A stretch of DNA of 64,000 bases, taken from assembly GCA_965644295.1 (NCBI GenBank), contig CBFFRP010000563.1:2246-66245 (forward strand), read 5' to 3'. A program made the translations under genes and the position numbers. The notes under the pieces are model-generated. The model had not been told where the DNA came from and did not search any database. It saw nothing but the letters and a program-made list of their open reading frames with translations. Below, piece by piece: positions 25,229-40,600 of this stretch. Position 1 is the first letter of the stretch; each line of letters starts with the position of its first letter. The DNA comes from Paraphysomonas bandaiensis. Taxonomy: Eukaryota; Protista; Chrysophyceae.

Positions 25229-26010
25229 TGGCTGCCGTTAGTGGCATATATCAATATTCGACCATAGTTACTGCAAACATGAGTGAGACAGACTCAGACA
25301 GGAAGTAAGAGTTACCCCATAGGGGAAGAGGAAGTGGCCGTATACGCCGACAGCCGGTTGTGTCTGTTGACTCCAATGCTGATAATGTATCTGACTATAT
25401 GAAGAAACGAACTAAAGCAGGAATGAAAGCAGCATACTAGCAAAGGTTGGCCATATTACTGTGTGGTGTAAAACAGAGTACCCTGAAGCTCTAGATGATG
25501 ATGAAAATTTGAAGATTCCATTCCCGAAAGACATCTGTCTTGATTACTTCGGCCATATGTAGAACTAAGCCAGGCAATAGATGGCTACAAGAAAGATATC
25601 AATGAACTGAAGAAGAACGAACTAATGAAAGAAGAAGGGGGTAAATGTCCGTTAAAAAAGAATGGCTGTAACATGTTAGCGACGAAGATGATGTTAATGG
25701 TTCCCTGTGCCATTGCAGGCAGTTGGTCCTATATCTTGTTCAGATGGTCAGATTATGCACTTCGTTCCAAAGGGTTGAGATTTACAGCCAGAATTCCATT
25801 GATCTGTCTGTATGATTTATGGTTCTATGGAGATAAGGTGAGCTGAATAAGACCATATCGTCTCTTAAGTCGTCGGTTCGACGTTTGACATACAGAAGAG
25901 TGATGTTATCACTTTTGCTCGAGCTAGTACAGTGCGTGATGTCATTTGTTAATACTATCGTGAGTGATATTGGGCTGCTGCCAGATGGATACAAGCATGC
26001 ACACATATCT
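25229..26010 (+). pseudogene. Decayed coding relic, possibly from a Crypton/tyrosine-recombinase-type transposon
   Basis: Stop- and frameshift-ridden protein-like fragments (SKVGHITVWCKTEYPEALDDDENLKIPFPKDICLDYFGH; DGYKH). No catalytic motif is visible. Confidence 0.2.
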
Positions 26011-26439
26011 TATCTACGACGGCACCTTCATACATACACACACATCTTATATACGACAACACCTTCATACATATATACACACACACATCTTATCTACGAC
26101 ATCACCTTTATCTTGATGAATGGTATATGTAAACCTCAGTCATATTTACAGGACACAACATAACATTACGAATGATACAGTATTAGGAGTCATATTGTCG
26201 AGAGGCGCATCAGTGGTGAACACTTCTGGTGCAGTTATATTACTATTCAGGGTGCTCCATACGGTCTATGCATGTATATGTGTATGAGTGTTCTATATGT
26301 ATACGTGCGTATGTATGTATGTATGTATCTATAGATGGATGTGATACTGAGAAATCATAATAAAACAAAATGACTGCAACGTTAACGACTTTGAGTGCTA
26401 TCTATGGTAGCTTTTATAATCACAGCTGCATGCAGGAGA

Positions 26440-27340
26440 GCTAAACACATATATACACATACAATACACCGCATGTATAACACACACATATACATGACCC
26501 GTATAACACACATATAACATATATACATATTTATAACACATATACATAACCCACATGTATATAGCACTCATATAACACTTATATATAACCCACATATGAC
26601 ATACATTTATCATATATATAACATATATAATATATGTATAACAGACATAACACATGTAAAACGCACATATAACATATATATACCACATATATATAACACG
26701 AATAACACACATATTTCACATATATAACATATATATAATACATTTATATATTATAACTCTCATATAACTCTTTTATAACACATATATCACATAGAACACA
26801 TATATATATAACATATATAACAAATGTGTTACATATAACACGTATAACATATATATAACACACATATTACAATATATAGCATGCATATATACACATATAT
26901 AACACACATAATATAACATATATACCACTCATATAACTCACAATATACTATTACACACATATAGCATATATCTATAACACACATATAACATATATAACAT
27001 ATATATAAAACATATACAGCACTCATACAACACTTATTATATACATCCCACATATGACATACATTTATCATATATATAACATATATATAACACACGTATA
27101 ACACATATAAAACGTATATACAACATATATAACCTATATAACATATGTATAACATACATAACACATATATAGCACTCATATAACACATATTACTTGTATT
27201 TAAGACATATAAAACACATATAAAACATTTATAACACATATATAACACACATAGAGCATATATAAATATAACACGTATAACTCATTTATAACACATGTAT
27301 CATGTATATATAACACATATACCACATATATGTAACACAT
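26440..27340. repeat. Degenerate TA/CA-rich low-complexity satellite
   Basis: Recurring tataacacatat modules, with an internal duplication of cccacatatgacatacatttatcatatatataac. Confidence 0.9.
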
Positions 27341-27341
27341 G

Positions 27342-27500
27342 AAGTCGAGGTAATACCAAAACCTGGTGAAATGTATAAAACGTGGTGAAATTTTTAATGA
27401 TGGTTGGAAAAATATATAACTATGCACAATAGTTAACTATGAAGAGATTAACAGTGTGAAAAGTATTGTTTATAATATTTTTTACTAATTCCTTCCATAG
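27342..27500 (-). repeat. Dispersed copy of a segment found inside the MULE (13070-13230)
   Basis: aagtcgaggtaataccaaaacctgg...tataatattttttactaatt is the reverse complement of 13070-13230. Confidence 0.85.
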
Positions 27501-28507
27501 TATGCATAACACACACTTAACTCATTTATGACAAGTATATAGCACACATATATAACACACATATATAAAACTTTTATACGCAACACTTGGAGCAGAACCT
27601 GTAAGATAGAGAGGACCATCGAGTGATATTAGTCATTTCTGGTAGCAGATTGGGTTGTTGGCTATTAGCGGGTCTACATATTGAATGAGAGGCAGCTGCC
27701 TTCGTAAGGTTTTGTCACGTCTTTTTTCTCTCTTTTGCTACCGACAGCAAAAACAAGTCGGGCACCAAAAGCAGATGCAAATATCTCTACTTTGGTAAGT
27801 GTTTATCGTTCAGACGTCACTTCTTATCAGTACGATATATGTGACATATATATTGTATGTTATGAGAAATAAGAAATAGTGTACATGTATAGAGTACTGC
27901 AGAGCGAGCGATATGCAGAAACTAGACTTTAAGTAACATCGAAAAAAGTAGACTTTTCATCTTTTTCCGGATATTTATATACATGGTACATGGCCTTATG
28001 TTTTGCCCTACAGTTAAGAAACTTTTCGTATATAACTATCAAAATATTGAGTGCAATATATTGTGAGCTAGTTCAACAGAAACAATATTGATGAAATTTT
28101 TAACCGATCCACAAATCAATATGTTACCCTATCCCTGATGTTCAGAATTTGTGGTGTTCAGAATTTGTATTGCACTAAGTTGGTGTATGTTGTGACCGTA
28201 ATGTAGTGATGGAAGTAACGTTTGCTAAATTTTAGTTACCTTGAACATACACATCAACTTTGCTTGTTAGTTCGTAATATTTATTATTACGCTCATAAAT
28301 GCGGACAGGTAACAAACAAATCGTTGTTTGTATACAAGTTGCAACTTTACTTTTATCTACTACATTTCTGTAATTTTAACCAATGAGCTCCAGCAGAAGC
28401 TAATGGAAAACTCACATCTCCATGCACTGAACTAACTTATAATATGCTTTACACATTTAGCTTGGTCGAAGTGCTATATGGATATTCAGTGATACGATGG
28501 CGACTGG

Positions 28508-31500
28508 TTAAAATATCCCCATGGAGGCCCTGGCCCCACCTTGACGTAGGTAAGCAAGAGCCAATTGCAGCTCATCTGGAGTGGCAGTTCCTTGCTCGAT
28601 CTTCACAACCTATATGAAGATATATGAGATATAGATTGAGCTAGTTGTACTCATTTCAATGTCTTACCAGGTCTTGCATCTTGACGTCAGCCCTGTAGTA
28701 CATTATGGCCCTTTCTGCCAGTTTATTGGCTGGCTGGCTCTCCACTACATGTAGCAATTAGATAGGTACATAGAACAATGCATGCAACCCATGTATAGCA
28801 GCCCATACAACATAGTTCATATATATGCACAATGTGAAGTTAAACGACATACCAAGATGAATGCCCTCCTGGTAGACCATCATAGAAGCCAAAGATGACG
28901 CTATCGAGTTCTTCAAGTACTGCACAGGCATTCTCTCCCTAGCTCTATCCCAGGCAATCTCAGCCAGTTTAGGAGGCAGGTTCTTCCTGCAGAGAAGTAT
29001 TAACATCAAAATTAAAACGATGGAATTACCACAAACATACCTCACGAGGGGTAGAAGTTCCTCGAAAAGAGGGTCTCCTAAGTTCTTGTCCTTAAGCTCA
29101 TCGATAAGGGCATCCGTCACTCTGTTGATGCACCCACTAATTCGCTCAGAAAAGTGAGGAAGATTTCCTGTATAACAGAAATCATTTCGGATTTGGATAG
29201 ATATTATGCTGCCTTGTCATACCTGGGAAATTTTTATAGAGAGTGAACATGAGCTTGGCCTCAGCCTCGGCGATCTTTCTCAGATGAGCCAGAACATCCT
29301 TTACTAAAGCTTCTTTGTTCTCAATGAACTCCTCCTTGGATAACAGCATGGAGCATGCGATCTCGCATGATGAGGTCACAACACCACACTAATAAATGAA
29401 TCAGTAAAATAACACGAAACATATCCATACAATAATTCACGAATCAGACCGTGACATCCAAATCATGCTAACGTTTGTACCTTGTTGGCTGAAGAGTCTT
29501 TGACAATCATCACACCAGCATGTTTGAAGAGCTCCTCTCTTGCATCTTTAGTGTTATAGATGTTAGCTCCCTGTGACAAATATTGTTAGTACACCACTTG
29601 TAATACAAGGCCAATTCACAGTATCGCAACGAGCATACCTCAACAATAAGGCGAGAAGTAGGTTCCCCATTCTCGTCCAGGAAATTGCGCCAGTTGGAAG
29701 AGTTAATAGTATTAGGACGTCCTATTTGGTTTCGATTGGTATAATTAATTTGGAATATATTGTACAAAGTGCTTCACTATTCATATCGCTATAACAAATA
29801 TACAGCCACGAATTCGTATAGTACATAATACACAGTACCACAAAGACAAGTAATATATATCCCCACCTCCTGCAGGCACAAAGGCATCAGCCTTGACTCT
29901 AAATGGCATGGTATTTCTTCTAGCAAGGCCTTCCTCACTCGCCTTAGCCTCCATTAACACTCCCTCAGAAGAAAGCTACATATACAACGAAGCATGTTAT
30001 ATCGTCTGATCTAAGCGTAGTTGATGGTACAGCCGACACTTTGTATTCAAGTTATTTCGCAAGAATTCAAAGTAGTCCTTTTAGTAGGAAATAGGCAATG
30101 TATTGTGTATATTTCAGTAGCCCGTGATATTACCTTAGCGGGATTAAAATGAATGATACTGCGACTTTCTTCCACCAATCTCATCAATTCGTGTCTATCT
30201 AATCCAGCTGGATCCTCAGCAACTCCATCCACATCGGATATACCGACCACCTTGGCATTGTCACCGTATTCCCTAATAAGTTTTGAATAAATATAGTTAA
30301 ACTGCCACAAACGCTACAATCGGTTGGTGTTGTGCCTCAGCCATACTAATACAAGACATAAAACATATGTATACCAACATATGCCCTACACTCTCACTAT
30401 ATTACTTCTTACAGCCGCTTCTTACCTAAATAGAATTTTCAGCAAGTTGCCAGCAACGTCTCCATCGGGTCCTCCGGTAACCTTCACAGTAAAAGGCTGA
30501 GTCTTGGGGTCAATACCAAGGCTCTCTTTAAGGGCCACATCCAAGAAGACGACAACACCCTCAGAGGTTACACCATACTGCTTGTGGTTGAATCCGGCCT
30601 CTGAGAAAACATAAGTAAAGAAATAATCGAAAGCAAAACAGAGATTATTGCTTGCGCATATAACATATGTTGGGAGGTTGGGATGGAGGTTGGAACTTGG
30701 AGCAGATCCAACACTCAGCTTATCCACCCGTAGGCATTGATGATCCACGATAAATATATCACAGTCAGTCAGTACATTTCAATGTATCCGTCTTAAGCAA
30801 CAATCATGACTCAATGAATGTGAGACTAGTTTAACAAACGGATAGCAGTAGTCATGTGGTGTATAAAACGTTGAGTACCTTTCTTGGAGCTCATAAAAGC
30901 AGGTGGGATGTTGTACCCACGTCTTGCGGCTCTCTCTACGATCCAGTCGATGTCCGCAGGGATGACCTACACGCACGTAGTGTTATGCAATCAACGGCTA
31001 GAACGTATGGCTCAATTTGAAAACATAATATTGTGCTTTCTTAATCATCGCAAAATAGTTGTACGTTACCTGCTCATCTGGTCCAAGGAAAATGACTTCA
31101 TCTTCCCCATATCTATCAACTACAGTTCTCTCGAACCTCTCGTCTCTGACAGTGAGATCCAAAATACTGTCCACAAAGGCCTGCAAATATACCAATACGA
31201 AGTTATATAATGTACAAATTCCAGCAAATTTTGCACTGCAGAGTCTTCTCTCCACCATGGCAGAATGTCAAGGAAATACGAGACAATATACTTACTCTCA
31301 CGGACTTTCTCTTCAGGAACTCGTGGTGCTTCTTCCTCACGTTTGGTGAGTCCACCAGCACAACAGCCTTTGCCCCACCTTCAGGGATATCCTGAACAGT
31401 AAAGCACTTAGCATAGAAAAGTGTACGCAGATCTATAACTACAACAGCAATATGCAATATACGATCGCATATGTCACACGTCGATGTAGCATCTACATTA

Positions 31501-34500
31501 TATATACAATACCCTCCTAATCAACTATATTACGTCGTTACTACACACCTTGTTCTTGAGCTGTTGGCCATAGCTGAGACCATACACCTCATCGAACTGT
31601 CTTGCTGATTCAAGAGCCTTCGTATCGCTGTTGGGAGGAGTCACGATACGGAGCCCGCCTCTAGCGATATCCTTGAACCGACAATGGAAGCCATTGAAGT
31701 ACCTACCATAATATTAGACCATTGTAAGCCGAGATAGAGAACAGCGTTGTTAGGTCAATAGCAAAGGACGGTAATATGTCAAAAAATAATATCTCTACAA
31801 TCCAGAATCGTCCGTAGTATTGCATACATGCATTGTCTACTATACCTTCCATGCGAAAAGAAAACGCCAAATGGCAATTCCTTCTTGTTCGGCCCGTTCA
31901 TTTCTTCTTCAGAAAACATAACGGCTGGGTCAACTCGCAGACTTAGAGCATATCTGTATTTAGTTTAGTAACAAAAGGTACACAGAACACATAGCACAAA
32001 ATGCCCACCTATCATCGTTGTAGAAGTTAGTCTTCAGCGTGTATTTCACGGCATCTAGCATTTTCTGCAGAGCAAATCTGGCTTCCTCTCTTTGAAGCCT
32101 GTTTACCACAAAAACATACTGTCAACACATGCTCATACATACAGCTAGACAATAGCTATCAAACCTGGCTAATCTTGACTGGATAGCTGCAGATCTCTTT
32201 TCGAAGTCCACATCGGCTGCCTCCTTGTCAATGCTCACTATAGCAGGATTGAAGCGGTCTAAGAACAGCTGGGCGATAGCCTCAGCTTGCTCGGCGAGAT
32301 AGGGAGATGATGTGACTGTGTCTACGATGGATTGTGTGCTGCGCACATGCATACAAGTAAAGGCACATAGATAAAATTGCCGAGTACTCAGCGATACATG
32401 ATGTAAACATAAAAAGATAAAGGGGGAAGTCCACAAGTATAATGAGATAGATACGGCACAAGCACATTCCTACCTGGCGAAGGCAATAGGGTACTGTTTG
32501 CTGAGCGGGGAGTGCATCATACTGCACAAAGCCGTTACGACTTCTGCCTTGGATGCTCCAAACTGCTTCTTATGCGGGGCATCCTTCTGGAAAGCTAAAC
32601 GAAGAGTCATGTCATCCAACCACTTGCAACGCTTCAAATCACGTGTAAAGCGAGGGACGAAGTCTGTCACACAGAGTACATAAGATAGTACATTAAAAAT
32701 AACAGATATCATTACCAGGTCCAAATATTGAATCAGGTGAGGTTGACACGGAGGGGTCAGGAGACACAAGCAATCTTAGTTGAGTGGTGTAGCCTGGACT
32801 GTAAGCGGAATTTTGGTCGGCCGGAATAGAGTTTCCTGGATCGTAGACATTGTCCATATGGGCACGCCAAATATCCATTCCACGCATTGCCAGCATGTCT
32901 ACAAACGGCCAATATATGTGAGTAATAGTGTTGACTCGGAGTGACTCATATTGTTCTTACGAAGTTTGGTCGGCATACACTTAGTAGACAGAAACGAAAC
33001 TACCATAGCATGCAGCACAGTGAAAAAGTAGTGTAGTTTATAAAGTACCTGCAGTGAGCTTCAGCAACTCATCCGGGAACACATTTCCAGCGGCAAGGGT
33101 AACCCAAGCGGCCGTCCCCGATGGAGGACCACCAGTGCCGTGGTACTTTTCAATGTGTACAGCAGAGTCATCTGTACCCTTCACTTGTTCGTACAGAGCT
33201 CTCTGGAAGAATAGCAGAGTTAGCATGGACATATAAATGGAGAAATGAGAGCAGCTTCTGGTGACATTTTACCTGAATCATGAACCTACGGGGATGGGAC
33301 GACTGCACATACTGTGGGCTGCACTTCGCCACATACTCCTTCATAGAGGCCTCGCTAAACAAATTTTCATCGTACTTCGGGACACGAGGGTTGTCGTCGT
33401 GTTTTCCCGCCTTCACCTGACACCAACAGTAAGTGGTATTACAGAACATACGTATATAAAATGCTATCGAATGAGTAGAGATAAAGCACGTATCAAGAAG
33501 TACAAAACACAAAGCATATGATCTACCTCCTCTATAGCCTGCATAATGTGTTTCGCATCATCCATAGTGGCGGTGGGAATCTCTGAGGCCTTGGCTACAC
33601 AGTATACAGTTAAAACGTACGCGGGGACGACATACAGTCTACAATGGTCATATATTTGTACACATACGACTATGGAGTACACAAGAAGTACGCAGGTATA
33701 CTCACGCTCAAAGGTAAAAATGTTAAGAGCGAATTGGCCGTCTTCAGAAGAAAAAACTTTGATGTTAGCCAAGTCATGTTGAGGCATGGGGGATTGCATC
33801 AATTGCTCCAACTGTCGCGAGAAAAAATGAGTTGAGCATATTGCTGAAAAGCTGCTTATATGGCATTGCAGACAACAACACATCCTAGATTCGAAACAGC
33901 GTATACACAATGCACAAGGAGTACATTGCGCTTGGAGGAAGTAAATATTTTACAGCAGTATAAAGATTATACCTGTCCAAGGAAAGATCCACTTCTGGTA
34001 TGGGTGGAAAGAATGGTAACGTGGATTTTTCCATCTGGTTCCTTGTTCATAATCTTCAGGCTCAGATCACTTTGTCTGAGATCATGAATGGCAGCCACAG
34101 CTTGTAGGTGAGACCGACGCATCTCTTCGCTAACTTGATTAAAGTAAGAGTCCTGCATGAATACATTACTCACGAGATAAAAGAGATCGAGTTCGAACTA
34201 TACCGGCATAGCTTTGAGAAACCATGGAACCACTTGCTTGACTATGAGCAGAGAGTGAGATATATACAGTCTCATGCATATACACATCTATAGCTGCATA
34301 TAGATATGTCTATAGCCATATATATATACATGTATATGCATATAAAGGCATGTATACGTATATATACATACATATGAGGGTATGTATACTTATATATATG
34401 TGTGAATGTTACCAGTTTCCATCTGATGAAGAGAGATATCATGAATAAGGGCTTGTTCAGTAAGCTTCTGTATGTTTTTATCATCCATTGGAGCCCATGA

Positions 34501-34608
34501 TTTCGTTCCTCTCACTGTATGTGTGATCGATGGAAGTAATCCTTTTGATGTATGTTTTGGTCCTATTAAAGACCTCAGGATCATCCGTGAACATCCTCTT
34601 GATAACAT
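28508..34608 (-). CDS. GDH2: Large NAD-specific glutamate dehydrogenase (GDH2-type), probably mitochondrial, ~26 exons
   Basis: Spliced motifs: GFHCRFKDIARGGLRIV, QQLKNKDIPEGGAKAV, FLGPDEQ, AFMSSK, NHKQYGVTSEGV, TGGPDGDVAGN, ADAFVPAGGRPNTI, IVEGAN, KDSSANKCGV. Arg-rich N-terminal presequence. Stop after RASMGIF. Confidence 0.92.
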
Positions 34609-37600
34609 GTTGTCTCTATACTATCTTTCTATCAATGTATGATCAGGTTCCACTTCCCACCAAATTATAATAAAGAATTTATATATAAAGATACATACAT
34701 ACACATACATATACATACATATGTACACACTCACTCCTACTTATCCATACATACATACATACAGTGTACTGGTCACTTATAAACCACATAAATTCACCCA
34801 AAATCTCATATGTTTTTTTTCAAGATATTTCTTTCTATGGTAAGTTTGTGAGCAACTGAAAAATGGATCGTATCTTGAACGGACACATTACCAAAATCAG
34901 TTAGAAGAAAAACTCTGTATATATGAGATACTGCTGCTGCTGCTGTATACTCTGTACATATACAGTACATTGCCGTACATATACAGTACATGTACAGTGG
35001 TACAATGTACAGCAGTGGTAATTTTTTACCTATTTTTAGTATATAAATAGGGTCTATAATTCTGGAAAAGTCAAAAATAAAGAATAAATTTACTATTTTT
35101 AGGTAAACGATCAGTGTAAAATCTCGGATTTTGTGGAGTGTTTGTGGTTATATAGATGTAACTTCTTCAGTGAGCCTTACTGCATAGAATATAATCACAT
35201 TAAGCAAAGTTAAGTACTCTATTAGAAGCTATGAAGCATTCTGAAGACCTTTTCATTGTCAGAGGAGCCATTGGACAATACCACTGTACCTCAAAGTATA
35301 TGAATCGTGCCGTGCAGTGACGTGATTTGGTTAGACACAAGTGGCTATATGAGCCCAGTCAGACATGAAAGGAACGTGATGAAACACACTCATTTCGTCG
35401 AAAATATCAGCTGTATATATGAGAATGAACAAACCATTCAATACACTATGCGGTAAATACATTGAAATACTGTTTGAATGTATCACTTATGGGAAACTAT
35501 TCGACGGATACTCCATTCGATACATGTGCTGTCGACATCGAATGAAATCAATCCCGATATAGTTCTAAGAAGATCTTTTCATTATACTTCATTTTATACG
35601 TGTGGTGTGTTCAGTTCTGTTGTGTCATATGAATGTATTGTGCAATTAAAGGTTAATAGTGTGCAATACGTGAAACGAACTCAAAGGAGGAGGGGTTTCA
35701 AAGGATGTAGATTGACTAGTGAGTAGATGATAGTAGGATGGGCAATAGAACACTTGTCCATTGGAAATATTACGAATATTATGTGATGTGTTTGGATTAA
35801 TAATTACAACTCCTTCTGGGAAGTGTTGTATTCGCAATGCCCAACACTGCTACTAATAATATATAGAGAAACAGGTAAAAGTTTTATAACCTTGCGAAAA
35901 AGTAGGTCAAGGCATTTGTATAACAAGTGCCAAATTCTGTGATACGTCCTTACTTTGTAGGGCTAGCGTTGGAGTGACTGCACTGTTTTAATCAATATAT
36001 ATTCAGTATCAACGTCATGTCAATCGATTGAATAACATATTCTAAATGTTTTTCTTTCACTCTTTCGTAGTAGTATATGACGTTGTCACTCTCCTCGGGG
36101 TAGTCTTTTACCCATGTACAGTTTCTTTCTCAGTTTCACATATTCTGTACTCTATGATATCGAAAGATCGCCGGCAGCGATTGCTCCTTGAGCCACACAA
36201 ACTCTGAGCTTGAGCTACTATGCTATGAAAGAATTGAAGCCTTCTACGCCAGGAGGTATTATTGTGGAATACCGCACGAAAAAGATACATTTTCTATTCC
36301 TACCCTATTCTATTACCCCTATCCCTGTTTCTTTCGCACATATGGAAAGTCCCACAGCAGCCTTGAGGGGAAGAAAATAATGATTTTTACAAGACACATA
36401 ATTTCTAACATTTCCAACAACTCAAATTACTAATCCCAATGATTAATTGAACTCTACGAATAGCCTGATTAACCCAAAAACAATCTCACAAGCAGTTTTA
36501 ACTACGATTCGCATTGACCGATATTTGCTATTGTTGCTAGAAAATGAACTTTTCTTGTAAATCGTCGTTATCTGGTGTTACTAGAAACTGAAGGTTTGGC
36601 CTCAATATCCGTCAAGGGACATTGTTACGGGAAGGACAAGAGCAACTGAAGCAGAGAAAGAGTAAAATGGAGGGATTATCATGATTAAAACTTGAGTTCT
36701 TAGTAAAGGATGAGCTGTGGGGGCATGATCTGAAGGGGATGATGATAGAGGGCAAGTTATTGCTGATGACTCTGTCACATATCTATAATAGAAGAGATTG
36801 AGTAGTGAGATGATTACTCCTTCTTAAATGATTCTCCACACACTGCTGCGTTGTTTCCAGTGTGAGAGGAAGGGAGTGGTTTTGTATAGGAATCTATGAT
36901 TCGCAAGTGTCTTTATGGGCTCTAGCTAACTGCCCGGTCTAGAACACTTCGAGAAGGCTAATAGAGAGCATTTACATTCCAACTAAGAGACTTACCACAC
37001 ACTAACAGTGTCATAGGCTATCATGCATGTTGTAATACTCAATGCAAAAGCCTTAAAAAACTAGCAAGAAAATCAATACATACACTGCATACTTTATAGA
37101 ATAAACTCCTAAAACCGTCGATTTTCATATAAATATGTGTTTTTATGCTACAGTTCCAAAAATATGCTTGTGGCCAAAAAAAATACAGAAAAATATCGAA
37201 ACATTGAGAAAATAACTAAAAAATAAGGATTTTTATAATAAAACATAAACTGAAAGAAACATAATTGGTCCATAAATCTCTTTAAGATATGTTTTTTATA
37301 GGAAGTTGGAACGAAATAATCTTATCCAATCATATGATAAGATAATGAAATCAAGACATCCAATCAAATGAATGGTTTGGATGGTAATTTAGTTAAGTGG
37401 AACTGTGTATGTATGTATAGTCAGATCACTCCCTCTGTGTCACTATATATACATACATATCAAATCATTTAATTTAAGTTCTATTTAATTATTTCATATC
37501 ATTTTTTTTTTGTATTTCATTATCTCATTCAATTCTTTTATACCTTTGTGTTTGTTTAGTTATTCATATTATCTAGAGAGACTCTCCCTCCCCCCCCCCG

Positions 37601-37638
37601 CCAAGTGTTTGATTGATCTCTATATCGACTAGTTTAAT

Positions 37639-40600
37639 ATGTCTAATAAATCAACTACAACTCTAAATAAGGATGCAAAAGAATTTGTTCCAGGAACTTC
37701 ATCAATTCCATCAACGATTCCAATGATGCCATCAGCTCACTTAAGAGTAAGTGGTATAGTCATATGGACTCTGATGTTATATATATGTATACTGATATAC
37801 TATAACAGCCAGCAGCACAAGAGTTTGTCCCTAATAGTTATCCTCATCCATCACATGTTCCTCCGGTAAGAATTATTAATGTATATATATGTATTATTGT
37901 ATTTGTTTGACTCTATATATCAGATGATGGATTACAACAACAACTATGGATACAACCATTACTATTCGTATTCTGACTTCCCATATGCACCACCGATGCC
38001 GACGTATGCCCCACAGCGTTTCTATCCTGACCAGCCTCAGCAGCAAAAGAAACCTAAGCCTGCCGGTGTCCCACAGAGTTCACAACAAGCTACACCCTTA
38101 AGTAACAATGCCAGTGTAGTTGATAAAAATACCAATGAAACTCCTGCTGAAGTTGCTACAGTCAATGATAAGACTGTGAAGAGTGTGGATGAAACTGCGG
38201 CCACCTCTGTGCCTGAAACTACACAGGCTGAGGATACTACACCTACTTCTCTTGATTCTAATAAAAAGCAGGAAACCAAGCCCCCTGCTTCTCCGGAACC
38301 TGAATCTACAACTGTAGCTACTCAACCTGAAGTTAAAACTTCTGTGGCTACTGAATCATCAACTGAAGGTTGGTCTAGAGGGAGCGAATTGACCCCTGAG
38401 AAAGTGCCAGCAACGGAGGGGTCGAATAACTCAGCTGACGAGGTTACTTCCTGGAAGAGGGGGTCGACAATGGCAGAGAAGACTCTTGATGACATGCTTC
38501 GTAGGACTGATGGTATTATAAGGTATTGTGTTATGTAAATTCCGTGTATCATTGTATGTACCATACGCCATCTGACCCTATGTATCAACAGATATAGCAA
38601 GGCAAACCTCTTTAGTATGAACCAATGGGGTAAAACGTTTCCGCAAGAACTGCAGACCATATACGGAGGTTTGACTAGCCGAGAACGCCCTCCTGTAACT
38701 GAAAACAGAGCAGCTGGCCATCAGCATGGTGCTCGAAGTCCCAGCAAGAAGAAGCAATATGGAAAGCCGGTCGACGATCCTCATCCCGATGAAAAACTAA
38801 TTTTTTCTGCTGATAATTTGAATAGAGAAGAAACGTTCAGGTAGTGGTGTGTGTGTTATATGTTTGTATATGTATATACATGTAAAACAAAGCGTAGATT
38901 AAAGTTTATGGTATATGTGAATCAATTAAGTAAGCTGTTTTGGCAGGTACCAACCGAATAAAGTTCTGGACGAATCTACCCCTGAGGCGATTCTGATGAA
39001 GGCCACTCTCATCCTTAACCAGCTTTCTTTAGAAAACTTTGAAAAACTTTCTGAGAAATTTATGAACATTGGAATGGAAACTGACGATCTCATGTGCAAG
39101 GTTGTAGACTTGATTGTATCCAAGGCGCAGCTAGAGGAGCCGTTTTGTTTCATGTATGCTGATCTGTGCCGCAAAATTACTGACAAATGGGGACCACCTA
39201 AAGATGGTGACACTGATAAGAGTGACCTCGGCAAAGTGTTCCGTACAAGGCTGTTGAATCGATGCCAAGAGGAGTTTCAACAAGATCGTGAGGCTGCTGT
39301 TAAGGCAGTCATGGATATGGATCTTGATGAGGCGGATAGAGAGGAGAAGCTACTTGTTTTAAAGAAGCGTTACACCGGCCACATGCGCTTTGTTGGCGAA
39401 ATATACATGAAAGATCTCATCAAGGCCAACAAAATGCACTACTGCGTGGAAGAGTTGCTGCAGTCAAGAGATGAAGAGAAACTTGCATGTCTATGTAAGT
39501 TACTCCAAACGATCGGGAAGAAGCTTGAAGACTACGATACTTCGAAGAAAAAGAAGAAATTCCAGTCTTATTTTACTACCATCAGCGAAATGTCGAGAGA
39601 TAAGTCCCTGAGTAGCAAAATTCGCTTTGCATTCAAAGATTTAATCGAAATGAGAGAAAACCAATGGACTGCCCGCCGTGAAGAAGAGAAGGCTAAAAAA
39701 TTAAGCGAATTTCGTGAAAAGGATGGTTCGATCAAAATACAAGCCCCCCCTGCTAACACCGCCAGCAGCATGAAAAGTAAACCCCAGGATTTTAGACAAG
39801 ATGCTCGGCAAGATGCTCGCCAGTCCGCCCCTGCTGCTACTGATGAGTGGACTAGTGTTACAAAGCGTGGTAAAACTCGCGGAGCACCGGCACCGGCAAC
39901 TTCTAAAATTAACACTTCTAACTCTTTTGGATCTCTCCAAGGCTCTACTGTGGGAAACAAATTTTCCGCTTTGACTGTTGCGACAGATAAGAAGTCATCT
40001 AAGAAGGGCTCACTGCCCAGCAATAACAGCTCACCGCATCTGTCTTCCCAAGGATCCAATAGCAGCGACACAGGAGGGTGGAGCAAGACTAGTAGGAAAG
40101 GGGGTAATATGTCGAGTGACAACACCCCCAGAGGGTCGCCAACCAAACCCAAGGGACAACACAATAACGGCTACACCGGTGCTGAGGGGGAAGACGGAAA
40201 ATTAGACACACACACAGTGAATAGGGTGAGTGTACTTTTCCACTGACAATGTGGAGTGTGCTGCTGTTGTTTTTTAATAGACCTTCATATATATATTTCC
40301 ACCTCAATCGAAATTATGTGTGTAGGCTATCGCATGCATGAATGAGTACTTCCTCAACGACCTACTTGATGAGGCTGTCGAAGTCATGCGGGAGTTGGTA
40401 CATCCCAATTCAATGTCCCATGTAGTCAAGGGAACCATTCATGCAGTATTAGAAAGAAAAGATGCGGAAAGAAAAAAGTTCAATGTGTTTTTGCCAGGTT
40501 TGTATACTCACGGGGCTTTGTCCTCCGAGCAGGTATTTTTTCAATTTATCGCGTTAGCATTACATTTATTCGCATTGTTGAGTAGGCTATTGCGGGCTTG

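Noticed and set aside
35000-37400. Short ORFs between GDH and eIF4G
   Set aside because: No motifs, codon bias or consistent splice pattern.
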